From positions 3,248 through 67,247 of the forward strand of contig CAYUHX010000003.1 of NCBI GenBank assembly GCA_964444705.1: DNA of 64,000 nt, given 5' to 3'. Both the position numbers and the translations under genes were made by a program. The notes under the pieces were generated by a model that worked only from the letters and a program-made list of their open reading frames with translations, did not search any database and was not told where the DNA came from. The stretch is from an uncultured Gammaproteobacteria bacterium (GTDB lineage: Bacteria > Patescibacteriota > Patescibacteriia > Magasanikbacterales > GWA2-37-8). This document shows, piece by piece, positions 19,473 to 29,964 of this stretch; position 1 is the stretch's first letter, and the number at the start of each line of letters is the position of its first letter.

Positions 19473-22013
19473 ATGACCATTATCGACCGTTTTTCTGCTC
19501 ATCTTAAAGAGATTATCACCCGCAGTATTCGACTCGCCAGCGAACTTTCACACCAAGAGGTTGCCCCCATTCACCTCTTTTTTTCTATCTTTGCCGAGAA
19601 AGGATCAGTCGCAGCTGAAATTCTTACCCGTTTTCACATCAACCTTCAAACTATTGAACAAGCCCTCACCACCCTTCCCACCAACCCTAAAAACCCTCCT
19701 ACCCGCACCAAAACTATCACCGTTCCCCCTTTATCAGCTGCAGCCAAAAACGCACTCGAAAAAGCACTCCTTGTCGCCCAAGAAAATGGCCACAATTATG
19801 TGGGTTCAGAACACCTGCTTTCTGGAATCGTGGAAAACAAAGACACGCTCATCTCGCGTGTACTTGAAATTAATCGTATCAATGCTGCCGACTTAGCCAA
19901 GCAACTTGAAACAGTATTAAACAACGCTACCCAATTTCCTAAAATCAATGATGTAGCTGAATTAGTAGAACGAGTTGAAGACAATCTTGGAGAAATCTCT
20001 CTTGGCGATGGCGAAATGCCCCACACCCATTCACACAACCCATCTTCTAGTGGAGGAAAAAAATCTAAAAAGAAAGAATCAGCTCTTGAATTCTTTGCCA
20101 CCAACTTAACGAGTGAAGAGATGCAAAAAAACATCGATCCCGTAATTGGTCGTGAAGCCGAAATTGAGCGCCTCATTCACATTTTATGCCGACGAACCAA
20201 AAATAATCCCATCTTGCTTGGCGAACCAGGCGTGGGTAAAACAGCCATTGTGGAAGGAGTGGCAAAAAGAATTCTCGCCGGCGAAGTGCCAGACATGCTT
20301 CTCAACAAAAAAATCTATGCCCTCGACATGAGCCTTCTCATTGCAGGAACCATTTATCGCGGTGAATTTGAAGCTCGGTTACGACAAGTGATTGAAGAAA
20401 TTATTACCCATCCTGAAATCATTGTTTTTATCGATGAAATTCATAATATCGTTGGCGCTGGCTCAAACCAAGGCACTATGGATGCGGCCAATATTTTAAA
20501 GCCTGCGCTCTCCCGCGGCCAAATTCATTGTATTGGCGCCACCACATACGCAGAATTTAAAAAATATATTGAAAACGATGCCGCCTTAGAACGACGTTTT
20601 CAACCAATTTATGTAAAAGAATCTTCCGTGGAAGACAGCATCGCCATCTTGCTTGGTATCAAAAAAAATTACGAACTTTTCCATCAAATCACCATTCCAA
20701 CCGAAGCAGTTGAAGCATCGGTAAAATTAGCCGACCGCTATATTGGAAATAAATTTTTACCTGACAAAGCAATCGACCTCCTCGACGAAACTGCGGCGGC
20801 AAAACGCGTCGGCGTACGCTCGACCCCTTGGCAAACGAAGCTCTGGCGCTTAGAGCAACAGCTTGAAAAAACAGTCCATGCCAAAGAAACCGCCGCCGCA
20901 AACGATCAATTTGAAAAAGCAGTCCAACACAAAGCTGAAGAAGAAAAACTCCGCGCACAACTTAAAAAAGTGACGGCCGAGGGGGCAGAAAAAAAGAAAA
21001 AAATCTTGGGCACCATCTCTGCCAAAGATGTGGCTGAACAAGTTGCTAAAATTACCGGTGCCAGCGCAGCCGCTATTTTGTTAAATGAAAAAGAAGAATT
21101 AACCATACTTTCACAAACCCTGAAACAGCACGTTATTGGGCAAGAAATGGTGATCGACGAAGTAGCCCAAACCATTTGCCAGGCAAAACTCGGTCTCTCA
21201 AATCCTGAACGGCCACTCGCCTCATTTTTATTTGTCGGTGAAAGTGGAGTGGGTAAAACCGAACTCGCCAAAACTATTGCTAAAGTACTTTACCCAGGCA
21301 AAGATGCGCTTATCAAACTCGACATGAGCGAATTTAACGAGGGTTTTGCAGTGTCTAAACTGCTCGGCTCGCCAGCCGGCTATGTGGGTTATAAAGAAAG
21401 CAATCAATTTACCGACCGCATCAAATTAAATCCTCACTCAGTTATTCTACTCGACGAAATTGATAAAGCTCACAAAGATGTGACCCGCTTATTGTTGCAA
21501 ATGCTCGAGAATGGAGAAATCACCGATGCTACAGGTAAAAAAATTTCCCTGCGACATGCCATTGTTATTCTCACCAGCTCGCTTGGTGCCGAAGAAGTGA
21601 AAAAAGGTCTACTCGGTTTTGGACAGCATGAACCCGTAGCAGAAATAAAAGAAAAGAAAAAAATATTAGTAGAAAAACTCAAAGAACATTTTTCACCAGA
21701 AATTATCAACCGTCTCGATGCTGTCTGCCTGTTTAACCCGCTCACTCCAGCGCATTTAGTGCGCATTGCTGAATTAGAAATTCAACGTCTAAACGCTCGA
21801 CTTGAACACTACCACACAACCATCACCGCTCCGACTGAAGTAATCACCACACTCATCACTCGCGTACCCGAAAAAGTGGCAGGTGCTCGTGAAATCCGTC
21901 GTCAAATTCGTGGACAAATTGAAGAGCTGCTCGCTAGCCTGATTTTGAAACAGACCAAACTAAAACCAACCTACACTCTATCAATTGAAGGAGAAAAAGT
22001 GTCATTGCACTAA
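19473..22013 (+). CDS. clpC: ATP-dependent Clp protease ATP-binding subunit (ClpC-like)
   Basis: Clp N repeats, two AAA+ modules ([16 protein letters not shown]), UVR-like coiled coil. Confidence 0.92.
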   Translation: MTIIDRFSAHLKEIITRSIRLASELSHQEVAPIHLFFSIFAEKGSVAAEILTRFHINLQTIEQALTTLPTNPKNPPTRTKTITVPPLSAAAKNALEKALLVAQENGHNYVGSEHLLSGIVENKDTLISRVLEINRINAADLAKQLETVLNNATQFPKINDVAELVERVEDNLGEISLGDGEMPHTHSHNPSSSGGKKSKKKESALEFFATNLTSEEMQKNIDPVIGREAEIERLIHILCRRTKNNPILLGEPGVGKTAIVEGVAKRILAGEVPDMLLNKKIYALDMSLLIAGTIYRGEFEARLRQVIEEIITHPEIIVFIDEIHNIVGAGSNQGTMDAANILKPALSRGQIHCIGATTYAEFKKYIENDAALERRFQPIYVKESSVEDSIAILLGIKKNYELFHQITIPTEAVEASVKLADRYIGNKFLPDKAIDLLDETAAAKRVGVRSTPWQTKLWRLEQQLEKTVHAKETAAANDQFEKAVQHKAEEEKLRAQLKKVTAEGAEKKKKILGTISAKDVAEQVAKITGASAAAILLNEKEELTILSQTLKQHVIGQEMVIDEVAQTICQAKLGLSNPERPLASFLFVGESGVGKTELAKTIAKVLYPGKDALIKLDMSEFNEGFAVSKLLGSPAGYVGYKESNQFTDRIKLNPHSVILLDEIDKAHKDVTRLLLQMLENGEITDATGKKISLRHAIVILTSSLGAEEVKKGLLGFGQHEPVAEIKEKKKILVEKLKEHFSPEIINRLDAVCLFNPLTPAHLVRIAELEIQRLNARLEHYHTTITAPTEVITTLITRVPEKVAGAREIRRQIRGQIEELLASLILKQTKLKPTYTLSIEGEKVSLH

Positions 22014-22848
22014 AAATGGTTTTGTACCCAACTCTCCGCTTATTTTAAGCGCTTTCACTGTGAATACGCCGCCTAAAAAAAAATTAAGTGATAGCCTTGC
22101 TGCCCGCACATTGGCCGGAGCATTGGCTTTGCCCCCGAGCATTCCGGCAGAAACAGCGGCCTATCAATCTGGTTATACCACTCCACACACGCCGCCTGAG
22201 CAATCCTTTTCTCAAAACACTGCCAACAGCTTGGCTGCTTCCAAATTACGTGACACACCCTCTCCCAATAATTCACAAACTCCCGATCAAAAAAATGAAA
22301 ATGATGAAAATCAAGAAAATGTCGAAGATGAAGATTTAAACCCTGCCGCACAAGGCCCGGGCGGTATTCGTGGTGAAATTAATGACTACGCTGCGCCGGT
22401 CATGAGCCTTATCAATCGTCGCAAAATAAAAGATCTAGAAGGGCGCATTGACGATCTGGAACGACAAAATACTCAACTCAAAAAACAAGCCGAGACCATT
22501 CGTTCCGACAAACTCAAACCGCTCCAACGACAACTGCTCGCAGCAAGCTTTGCAGATTTCACTGACATTACTCTGCGGTATCTAAAATTTTCTATCGAAA
22601 TTTGGTGGTGGACCATCATTGGGGCGATAATTGATATTTTTATTATCATTCCTACTCTTTTTATCGTATATGTCATAGCCAAAAAAGAAGGACGAGTAAG
22701 CAAAGGAATTAAACAAGCCATGCAACCATTTGAAAAAGAAATAAAAGATTTAGAGAAAAAAAGCAAAGATAACAACAGACAAATACAACAAACACAAATT
22801 GAAAAGATACGACTCACCCAATTATTTAAAGGCCCTGCGGCCGCCTAA
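21985..22848 (+). CDS. Hypothetical membrane protein: disordered N-terminus, coiled coils flanking a TM hairpin
   Basis: Hydrophobic WWWTIIGAIIDIFIIIPTLFIVYVIA segment; true start probably GTG near 22059. Confidence 0.7.
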   Translation: MKEKKCHCTKNGFVPNSPLILSAFTVNTPPKKKLSDSLAARTLAGALALPPSIPAETAAYQSGYTTPHTPPEQSFSQNTANSLAASKLRDTPSPNNSQTPDQKNENDENQENVEDEDLNPAAQGPGGIRGEINDYAAPVMSLINRRKIKDLEGRIDDLERQNTQLKKQAETIRSDKLKPLQRQLLAASFADFTDITLRYLKFSIEIWWWTIIGAIIDIFIIIPTLFIVYVIAKKEGRVSKGIKQAMQPFEKEIKDLEKKSKDNNRQIQQTQIEKIRLTQLFKGPAAA

Positions 22849-22876
22849 TATAGTGCTATTTATTTTTTAAACTTCT

Positions 22877-24118
22877 ATGTCGCCTACACTAAAAAAAGTG
22901 TTACTCGTGATTCTTCTTCTGCTCGTTGCTGGTGGAATTGCTTTTGCTATTTGGTGGGTTTTTTTCCCGCCCGCACCAGGCTCGGTGTATAATCCAAGCA
23001 CAGGCACTACCACCACCGGCCAACTCCCCGGCTCAAACACGAGGCCAACTGGCGGCAATGGCGGCACAGGAGGCGAAGCGCAACCAGGCAGCGGCTCTCT
23101 CCCTACCGCAGGAGCCATCCCAAGTCCCTCACCAAGCTTTTTTCGCCAAGTGCCGGTTACTAAAGTGGTCACTGAATTTGCCGACCATCCATCGCTCAAC
23201 AATAGCAGCGGCAATCTGCGCTATCAAAACCCTTCAGACGGAAAATTCTATCGCACATTGCCCGATGGCTCCGTGAAAGAATTATCTGACCAAGCTTTCT
23301 ATAACGTGCAAAATGTCACTTGGGCAAAAACAAAAGATAAAGCAGTGCTTGAATATCCCGATGGCTCCAAAATTGTCTATGATTTTGACAACAAAAAGCA
23401 AGTAACTCTCCCCCGCCATTGGGAAGAATTTTCTTTTTCTCCCGAAGGAGACGAAATTGCCGCCAAAAGCATCGGACTCTCACCAGAAAATCGCTGGCTT
23501 GTTACCACCAAAGATGATGGCACTGGCATCAAACTCATCGAACCTATGGGTGAATTTGCCGACAAAGTAACTGTCGATTGGTCGCCCAGCCGCCAAACAG
23601 TGGCACTATCACAAACCGGAGAAGCTGCCGGCGCTGACAGGCGTGAAGTACTCTTTGTTGGTTTACATGGAGAAAATTTTAAATCAACTGTTGTTGAAGG
23701 ATTGGATTTTATGTCACAATGGTCGCCTACTGGAAAAAAACTACTCTACAGCGTTGACAGTGCGCGCAGTGATTTTAAACCTGAACTCTGGGTGGCCAAT
23801 GCCTATGGAGATGAAATCGGCACCGGCCGTCAAGCACTCAAAATCAACACCTGGGCCGACAAATGTTCCTTCGGCGATGATACCACGCTTTTTTGCGCAG
23901 TACCCCGCGATTTACCCGTCGGTGCCGGCATGTCGCCCACAGTAGCCGACAACAGCATTGATGATTTATACAAAATAGACCTTAAAACTGGAGCCAAAAT
24001 ACCACTCTCGCTTGGTCAAACCAACTATCACATAAACACCCTTTTCTACGACAAAGCGCACAACAAGGTTTTCTTCACTGATAAAAATCAAAAAGGTGTT
24101 TTTGAAGTACGCCCTTAA
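22877..24118 (+). CDS. Membrane-anchored beta-propeller-like (TolB/WD40-like) protein
   Basis: N-terminal TM, Gly/Thr/Pro linker, repeated FSPEG/WSPS/WSPTG blades. Confidence 0.75.
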   Translation: MSPTLKKVLLVILLLLVAGGIAFAIWWVFFPPAPGSVYNPSTGTTTTGQLPGSNTRPTGGNGGTGGEAQPGSGSLPTAGAIPSPSPSFFRQVPVTKVVTEFADHPSLNNSSGNLRYQNPSDGKFYRTLPDGSVKELSDQAFYNVQNVTWAKTKDKAVLEYPDGSKIVYDFDNKKQVTLPRHWEEFSFSPEGDEIAAKSIGLSPENRWLVTTKDDGTGIKLIEPMGEFADKVTVDWSPSRQTVALSQTGEAAGADRREVLFVGLHGENFKSTVVEGLDFMSQWSPTGKKLLYSVDSARSDFKPELWVANAYGDEIGTGRQALKINTWADKCSFGDDTTLFCAVPRDLPVGAGMSPTVADNSIDDLYKIDLKTGAKIPLSLGQTNYHINTLFYDKAHNKVFFTDKNQKGVFEVRP

Positions 24119-24129
24119 TTATTTACCCT

Positions 24130-24786
24130 ATGGTTACGCGCTCACAAAAACTTTATTTTTTTCTCTTAATAGCTATTGTCCTCTTAGGTCTTTTGCTCTT
24201 CAAAGAAATTAAAGAAGGTATTGATATCGTCGTTCGTCCGACGCAAGCACCACTTCTTAGCCCAGATTTAACCCCATTTTATACGAGCCCCGAGGACCCT
24301 GTCTTTGGCAATCCTGGAACCGACCTTAGCATCGTTGAATTTAATGACCTTGCCTGCAAAGAGTGTCAAAAAACACACGCTTTACTGTTGGCTTTTGTTG
24401 AAGCTCATCCTAAAGACGCGCATCTCACGTGGAAGTCTTTACCCCAAACACACCTCTTTTTAAAAGAAGATCGTCTGGCACTTGAAGCAGCTTCCTGTGT
24501 ACCAAAAACAATGTTCTGGAAATTTATTGATCGCGCCATGCAAAATCGCGCCGCTCGCGAAGAATCAGGATTAAAAAAAATAGCTCGCGATCTAAAAATT
24601 GACGAAACTGCCTGGTGGAAATGCACCACTGACGACAAAACAACACAGCGTTTAACCGCACAGATTACCATTGCCCAATCACTTCAGATCACTACCCCTC
24701 CTACTATTTTTATTAATAATAAAAAGGTGACTCTTTCCAAAGACACAAACCTTACCGACCTCTTAACGTCACTTATCCAAAAATAA
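24130..24786 (+). CDS. DsbA-family thioredoxin-fold protein
   Basis: EFNDLACKEC CxxC motif, TPPTIFIN cis-Pro loop, N-terminal TM. Confidence 0.88.
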   Translation: MVTRSQKLYFFLLIAIVLLGLLLFKEIKEGIDIVVRPTQAPLLSPDLTPFYTSPEDPVFGNPGTDLSIVEFNDLACKECQKTHALLLAFVEAHPKDAHLTWKSLPQTHLFLKEDRLALEAASCVPKTMFWKFIDRAMQNRAAREESGLKKIARDLKIDETAWWKCTTDDKTTQRLTAQITIAQSLQITTPPTIFINNKKVTLSKDTNLTDLLTSLIQK

Positions 24787-24788
24787 CT

Positions 24789-26375
24789 ATGCGTGCCCAC
24801 AGACACCACTTTGCCACCTTGTGTACTCTTTTTTTCTCGGCTGTGCTTTCGTTAGCGCTGCCTCTCAGTGCGCGTGCGGGCGCGTGCCAGTGCACCGGTG
24901 AAACAAGTGTATTCATTGAACGCGTGGGCACGCAAAAATTTCCCATCAACAGTCTAGTTAAATTTTTTGATCCAGGTGCATACATCGTTGATACGCAACG
25001 CACCGAAAAAAGAAAAGGCGACATCGTTCCGCAAAACCAAAATGATTGCAACACATTTATGTCTAAAGATTGGGGTGGTGTGTTTAAGGGCACGTGCACC
25101 TATGTAGAAGGTGCCGGTAACATTGCCTGTATGCAGACAAACAGTTGTCATCGCACGAGCGAAAACTGCACAACCAACGAAGATTGCAGCAAATTCGGCG
25201 GCAACATCGGTAACTCACAGTGTTTTGAAAATTATTGTTATCTTGATGATATCGCTTTTGAAAAATATCAACAAACACCTTCCCTTCTTGGTATTAAAGC
25301 AGCAATTGATATCAAAGCCCCAATTCTAAGCATTAAAATTCCTACCCTAGGCTCATTTGAATCAGTGTCTGGTACGCTTGATTCAGAAGGCAACATTTCC
25401 ATTCCCTATCTTGGACAATACATGGCCGCGTTCTACAAACTCGCCGTGGGTGTAGCCAGCATCGGCGCAGTCATCATGATTATCATTGAGGGAATAAAAA
25501 TAACCACTTCTTTCGGCAACGGAGAACAAATTAAACACTCTTATAAACATATCGGCCAAGCAGTCGCAGGTCTTGCTCTCGTGTGGGGATCATACGCCTT
25601 TCTCTATAACATCAATCCTGATTTCGTAAATTTTAAAGTGCTTAAAGTAAAATACGTGGAACGAGAGGATTTAAAAGTTGACGCGCATACCTGCGATGAT
25701 CCAAAAGATTGTCCAGAGCCATCGTCTGAAGAAAAAAAAGCTAACGATGCAGCCAAAATTGCCAAAGGGAGATGTACTTCAGACAAAGTACTTGCAAAAA
25801 AAGGTCGCACCGCTGCCGTCGATAATGACAGTTTGTTTGGTCTCGTAGACTTTCGGAGTTACGGCAAACGCAGTCTCAAAGACATCGACACGATTGTGAT
25901 CCACAACGGTGGTTACAGCGCCAAAATGAATAGCGATACGTGGCAAAATCGACCAGCGGGTGCGCATTACACCATTCAACGCGACGGCACTATCTTTCAA
26001 CACGCGGGTGAAGAATGCGTCATGCCTCACGCACCCGGCGGTAACAAAACTGGTATTGGTATTGAACTTAACATCGACAAAGCAAATGGCACTTCATGCA
26101 ATAGTTTAAGAAGTAATTCGAGCCCTGATGACGTACGCAAAGCCTGTTCCCCGACTGACGCGCAATATGATTCACTTCGCCGACTTATTGCCGACATTGT
26201 GGCGCGCACCAAAGCCACCATTGATGAAAAACACATTGTTGGCCATTGCGAACTCGGCAGCGCAAGTGGGCATGGCGATCCACGCGCTTTCGATTGGACA
26301 AAAATTGGTTTAAGTAATGATAAAAAGAAAACGATGGCCGCTGGTCATGCTTGTTCGTGGTACCTGCCTTTTTAA
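24789..26375 (+). CDS. Cys-rich exported protein: TrbC/VirB2-like pilin domain fused to an Amidase_2 N-acetylmuramoyl-L-alanine amidase
   Basis: Signal peptide; two-TM pilin-like block ending YNINPD; IVIHN, AHYTI, HAPGGN, IGIEL, IVGH, DP amidase motifs. Confidence 0.8.
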   Translation: MRAHRHHFATLCTLFFSAVLSLALPLSARAGACQCTGETSVFIERVGTQKFPINSLVKFFDPGAYIVDTQRTEKRKGDIVPQNQNDCNTFMSKDWGGVFKGTCTYVEGAGNIACMQTNSCHRTSENCTTNEDCSKFGGNIGNSQCFENYCYLDDIAFEKYQQTPSLLGIKAAIDIKAPILSIKIPTLGSFESVSGTLDSEGNISIPYLGQYMAAFYKLAVGVASIGAVIMIIIEGIKITTSFGNGEQIKHSYKHIGQAVAGLALVWGSYAFLYNINPDFVNFKVLKVKYVEREDLKVDAHTCDDPKDCPEPSSEEKKANDAAKIAKGRCTSDKVLAKKGRTAAVDNDSLFGLVDFRSYGKRSLKDIDTIVIHNGGYSAKMNSDTWQNRPAGAHYTIQRDGTIFQHAGEECVMPHAPGGNKTGIGIELNIDKANGTSCNSLRSNSSPDDVRKACSPTDAQYDSLRRLIADIVARTKATIDEKHIVGHCELGSASGHGDPRAFDWTKIGLSNDKKKTMAAGHACSWYLPF

Positions 26376-26380
26376 AAAGT

Positions 26381-27736
26381 ATGCTCCAAGAATTATTTGA
26401 ATGCCAAAATTGTGGCGCCCAAAATACTAAATGGGCTGGCCGCTGTACTGAATGTCAAAAATGGGGCACGCTGATCAAAAAACAACGCACCATTGACCCA
26501 CACGCACCCAAAAAAACAGAGGCTGCCTACAGCCCAGCCAAAACAACGCAATTAAAAGACATTAAAGATCAAGGCCTCACTCGGATCATAACCCCGATTG
26601 CAGAATTTAATCGCGTGCTCGGCGGTGGCATCGTGCCGGGGAGTTTTATTCTCCTTGGCGGCGAACCGGGTATTGGTAAATCAACCCTCGCCCTGCAGCT
26701 CGCGGCCACTATTTCCAAAACACTCTACATATCTGGCGAAGAATCAGTGGCGCAAATCAAACTTCGTGCTGACCGCCTAGGGCTCAATGCGCCCACCCTA
26801 TCGCTCGCCAACGAATCAAATGTCGAAATTATCGGCGCCACTCTTCAAGCAGAAAAACCAACCCTTCTTATCATTGATTCAATTCAAACTATTGCCTCCG
26901 CTGAAATTGAAGGCGAAGCCGGAAGCGTCACACAAGTGCGTGCCGCCACCATCAAACTCCTTGAAATTGCTAAGAGCACTAATACTCCGGTTATTCTCAT
27001 TGGACATGTCACCAAAGAAGGCACGGTGGCCGGACCAAAGACACTCGAACATTTGGTTGACACTGTTCTCTATCTTGAAGGTGATCGCCATCATTTTTTT
27101 AGAATCTTACGAACAGTCAAAAATCGCTTTGGTGCCACCGATGAAGTGGGTATTTTTGAAATGAAAGAAAAAGGCTTAGAAGAAGTGCAAAATCCTTCAG
27201 CCAGCTTTGTGGCTGAACGTGCTTCAAATTTACCCGGCACCGTGCTCACATGTCTCCTTGAAGGCACTCGCCCTATCTTAGTGGAAATTCAAGCACTCGT
27301 CAGCAAAACTGCTTTTGGTTATCCCACCCGCAAAGCCAGTGGTTTTGATATCAATCGCTTACACGTACTCATCGCCGTATTACAAAAAAGAGCCGGTCTC
27401 GCTCTTGAACAATATGACATCCATCTCAATATTGTAGGCGGTCTTGATGCCAATGAACCCGCAGCTGATTTGGCCGTATGCCTCGCCATTGCCAGCGCCT
27501 ACAAAGACAAACCACTTGGCACTGATCTTGCGGCGTTTGGCGAAGTCGGCCTCGGCGGCGAAGTCCGTTCTATTTCTCAACTTGAGAAACGAGTAAAAGA
27601 GTGCGAGCAACTCGGCCTCAAACGAGCAATCACTCATTTTAAACAAACGAAAGATTCACCAAAAATACTTTCTGAAAGTAAAAAAATTAAATGCCTCAAC
27701 GTTAATAACCTGCAAGACCTCATCACCCACACCTGA
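26381..27736 (+). CDS. radA: DNA repair protein RadA/Sms
   Basis: C4 zinc finger, GEPGIGKST, KNRFG, Lon-like C-terminus. Confidence 0.97.
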   Translation: MLQELFECQNCGAQNTKWAGRCTECQKWGTLIKKQRTIDPHAPKKTEAAYSPAKTTQLKDIKDQGLTRIITPIAEFNRVLGGGIVPGSFILLGGEPGIGKSTLALQLAATISKTLYISGEESVAQIKLRADRLGLNAPTLSLANESNVEIIGATLQAEKPTLLIIDSIQTIASAEIEGEAGSVTQVRAATIKLLEIAKSTNTPVILIGHVTKEGTVAGPKTLEHLVDTVLYLEGDRHHFFRILRTVKNRFGATDEVGIFEMKEKGLEEVQNPSASFVAERASNLPGTVLTCLLEGTRPILVEIQALVSKTAFGYPTRKASGFDINRLHVLIAVLQKRAGLALEQYDIHLNIVGGLDANEPAADLAVCLAIASAYKDKPLGTDLAAFGEVGLGGEVRSISQLEKRVKECEQLGLKRAITHFKQTKDSPKILSESKKIKCLNVNNLQDLITHT

Positions 27737-27739
27737 AGC

Positions 27740-29845
27740 CTATTCAAGGTGTACTTCCTTTCCCCATTCTCGCACACGTTCAAGCATGAGCGGATACTCT
27801 GCCAAGCGCGGTGCAAGCACAAGCGCTGCTTCACGCGCTTTTTTAATAAGCGTATGATCGGTGAGCTTCGCGAGGCGTAGCTGCATAAGTCCGCTTTGCT
27901 CAGTGCCATACACCTCTCCCGGACCACGCTGCTCTAAATCTTTTTCAGCTAATTTAAAACCATCATTGTGTGCTTCAAAAAACTGCAATCTTTCCCGCGC
28001 GCGCGCAGAAAAACTATTCGTAAATAACAAACAATATGATTGATATTCCGATCGTCCCACTCGCCCACGAAATTGATGGAGCTGTGCCAAACCAAACCGA
28101 TCGGCGTCTTCAATCATCATTACGCTCGCGTTAGGAACATTCACTCCCACCTCGATCATCGACGTAGAAATAAGAATGTCGAGCGCTCCCGAATTAAAAG
28201 CACCCATAATCTCCTCTTTTTCTTTTGCCTTCATTTTTCCATGCACATATCCTACTCTCAAATCGGGAAATACTGTCTTAGATAAACGTTCGTATTCTGA
28301 TAACACTGATTTTTTATCACTCACCTCACTTGCGCGCACCATCATCTCACCCTCATCTTTATTCACATCCTTCTCTAACGCTTTTTCAATGAGCGAACAA
28401 ATAACAAATACTTGCCGACCCTTTTTTACCTCTTCCCGAATAAATTGATACGCACTTTCTCGGCCGGCTGGCGCCACTAATTTTGTACTAATTTTTTTTC
28501 TACCCGGCGGCAATTCGTTGATAATAGATACATCAAGATCTCCATAAAGTGCCAAGGCAAGCGAACGCGGAATCGGTGTGGCGGTCATGCTCAAAAAGTG
28601 CGCATTCTCTCCTTTCTCTTTAATCGTATGACGCTGACTCACACCAAAACGATGCTGTTCGTCCACAATCACAAGTGCTAATTTTTTAAAAGCCACATTT
28701 TCTCCCAGCAGCGCTTGTGTGCCAATAATGATGTCTAACTCTCCCGCTTCAATGAGATCTAAAAATTTTTTCTTAGAAATTGATTCATCATTTTGCGTTA
28801 TCATTTTTTGCCCACGTGTAAACAAACCAATACGAACACCATATGATCCAAGCAGTTCTTTGAGCGAGGCAAAATGTTGGGCAGCTAAAATTTCTGTTGG
28901 CACCATGAGTGCTGATTGGAAACCGTTCAAAAAAGTATTATATAATTCAAGCGCCGCCACCACCGTCTTACCCGAGCCAACATCTCCAGAGAGCAATCGA
29001 TTCATAGGTGTTGATTTTTGTAGGTCTTGCACAATTTCCCACGCAGCAATTTTTTGCGTGCGCGTTAGTGCAAACGGCAAATGCGCCACAAAATTTTTTA
29101 CCTCATTTTCTTTAAAAGCGATACTCGGCGCATGTGTGACATTTTTTTTAAGGCGGCTAAGTTCGGCCTGAATTTGAATGAGTAAAAGTTCATCAAATTT
29201 AAGCCGTTCACTACTCGCTGCCAAATCTTCCGGACTATCAGGAAAATGAATCTGCTGCAGCGCGCGCGGTAAAAGCTCAAGCTTATTTTTTTCTTGAATA
29301 TCTTCCGGCAACCAATCAGAAATACTCTCCGCTAGGGGAATACATTGCTTCAGCAAAAAACGAATTTGTTTTTGCGTTATTCCGGCCGTGAGCGGATACA
29401 TGGGAACGAGTCGTCCTGTGTGGGTGGGTGCGCTGTCTGCTTGTTCTTTTTCATACACCGGGCTCGTAAGATGCGGACCCAGCATATCGCGCGCCACTTT
29501 GCCTGATAAAAATAATGTATCGCCCGGGTGCAGTGTTTTGATTAAAAATGGCTGATTAAACCATACCACACGGGCACTGCCCGAAGCATCGCTCACAAGC
29601 GCCTCGGTGATGAGTAGTCGCTTCCGAAAACTGCGTTTGTTCGCAATCAGTTCAAGCTTGCCCCGCACCGTCACCATTTCACCTTCCACCAAACTATCCA
29701 TGGGCATTATCCGGCGCAAATCTTCATAGCGAAAAGGAAAGTAGTACAATAAATCACGCACGGTTTTTACACCCAATCGCGTCAAAACAGTCGCCAATTT
29801 TGGACCAATTGATTTAAGTTGTTTAATTGATGTCGTGCTATTCAT
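27740..29845 (-). CDS. recG: ATP-dependent DNA helicase RecG
   Basis: GDVGSGKT, DEQHRFG, MTATPIPR, QLHQFRGRVGR. Confidence 0.97.
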   Translation of the reverse strand: MNSTTSIKQLKSIGPKLATVLTRLGVKTVRDLLYYFPFRYEDLRRIMPMDSLVEGEMVTVRGKLELIANKRSFRKRLLITEALVSDASGSARVVWFNQPFLIKTLHPGDTLFLSGKVARDMLGPHLTSPVYEKEQADSAPTHTGRLVPMYPLTAGITQKQIRFLLKQCIPLAESISDWLPEDIQEKNKLELLPRALQQIHFPDSPEDLAASSERLKFDELLLIQIQAELSRLKKNVTHAPSIAFKENEVKNFVAHLPFALTRTQKIAAWEIVQDLQKSTPMNRLLSGDVGSGKTVVAALELYNTFLNGFQSALMVPTEILAAQHFASLKELLGSYGVRIGLFTRGQKMITQNDESISKKKFLDLIEAGELDIIIGTQALLGENVAFKKLALVIVDEQHRFGVSQRHTIKEKGENAHFLSMTATPIPRSLALALYGDLDVSIINELPPGRKKISTKLVAPAGRESAYQFIREEVKKGRQVFVICSLIEKALEKDVNKDEGEMMVRASEVSDKKSVLSEYERLSKTVFPDLRVGYVHGKMKAKEKEEIMGAFNSGALDILISTSMIEVGVNVPNASVMMIEDADRFGLAQLHQFRGRVGRSEYQSYCLLFTNSFSARARERLQFFEAHNDGFKLAEKDLEQRGPGEVYGTEQSGLMQLRLAKLTDHTLIKKAREAALVLAPRLAEYPLMLERVREWGKEVHLE

Positions 29846-29964
29846 AACCATTCTTGAGTATACCATCAAACACAAAGACAAAAAACCCAGCCTAAACCAA
29901 AAATTCGGGACAAAAAATGCCGCCGAAGCAACAAACTTCAAGCGGCACTTTTATTTCTTAATCT

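Noticed and set aside
19316-19480. N-terminal extensions in the ORF track (phosphomannomutase; also recG, pth, dprA, parA, htpX, sanA-like)
   Set aside because: They overlap neighbouring genes or promoters; family motifs begin at downstream ATGs.
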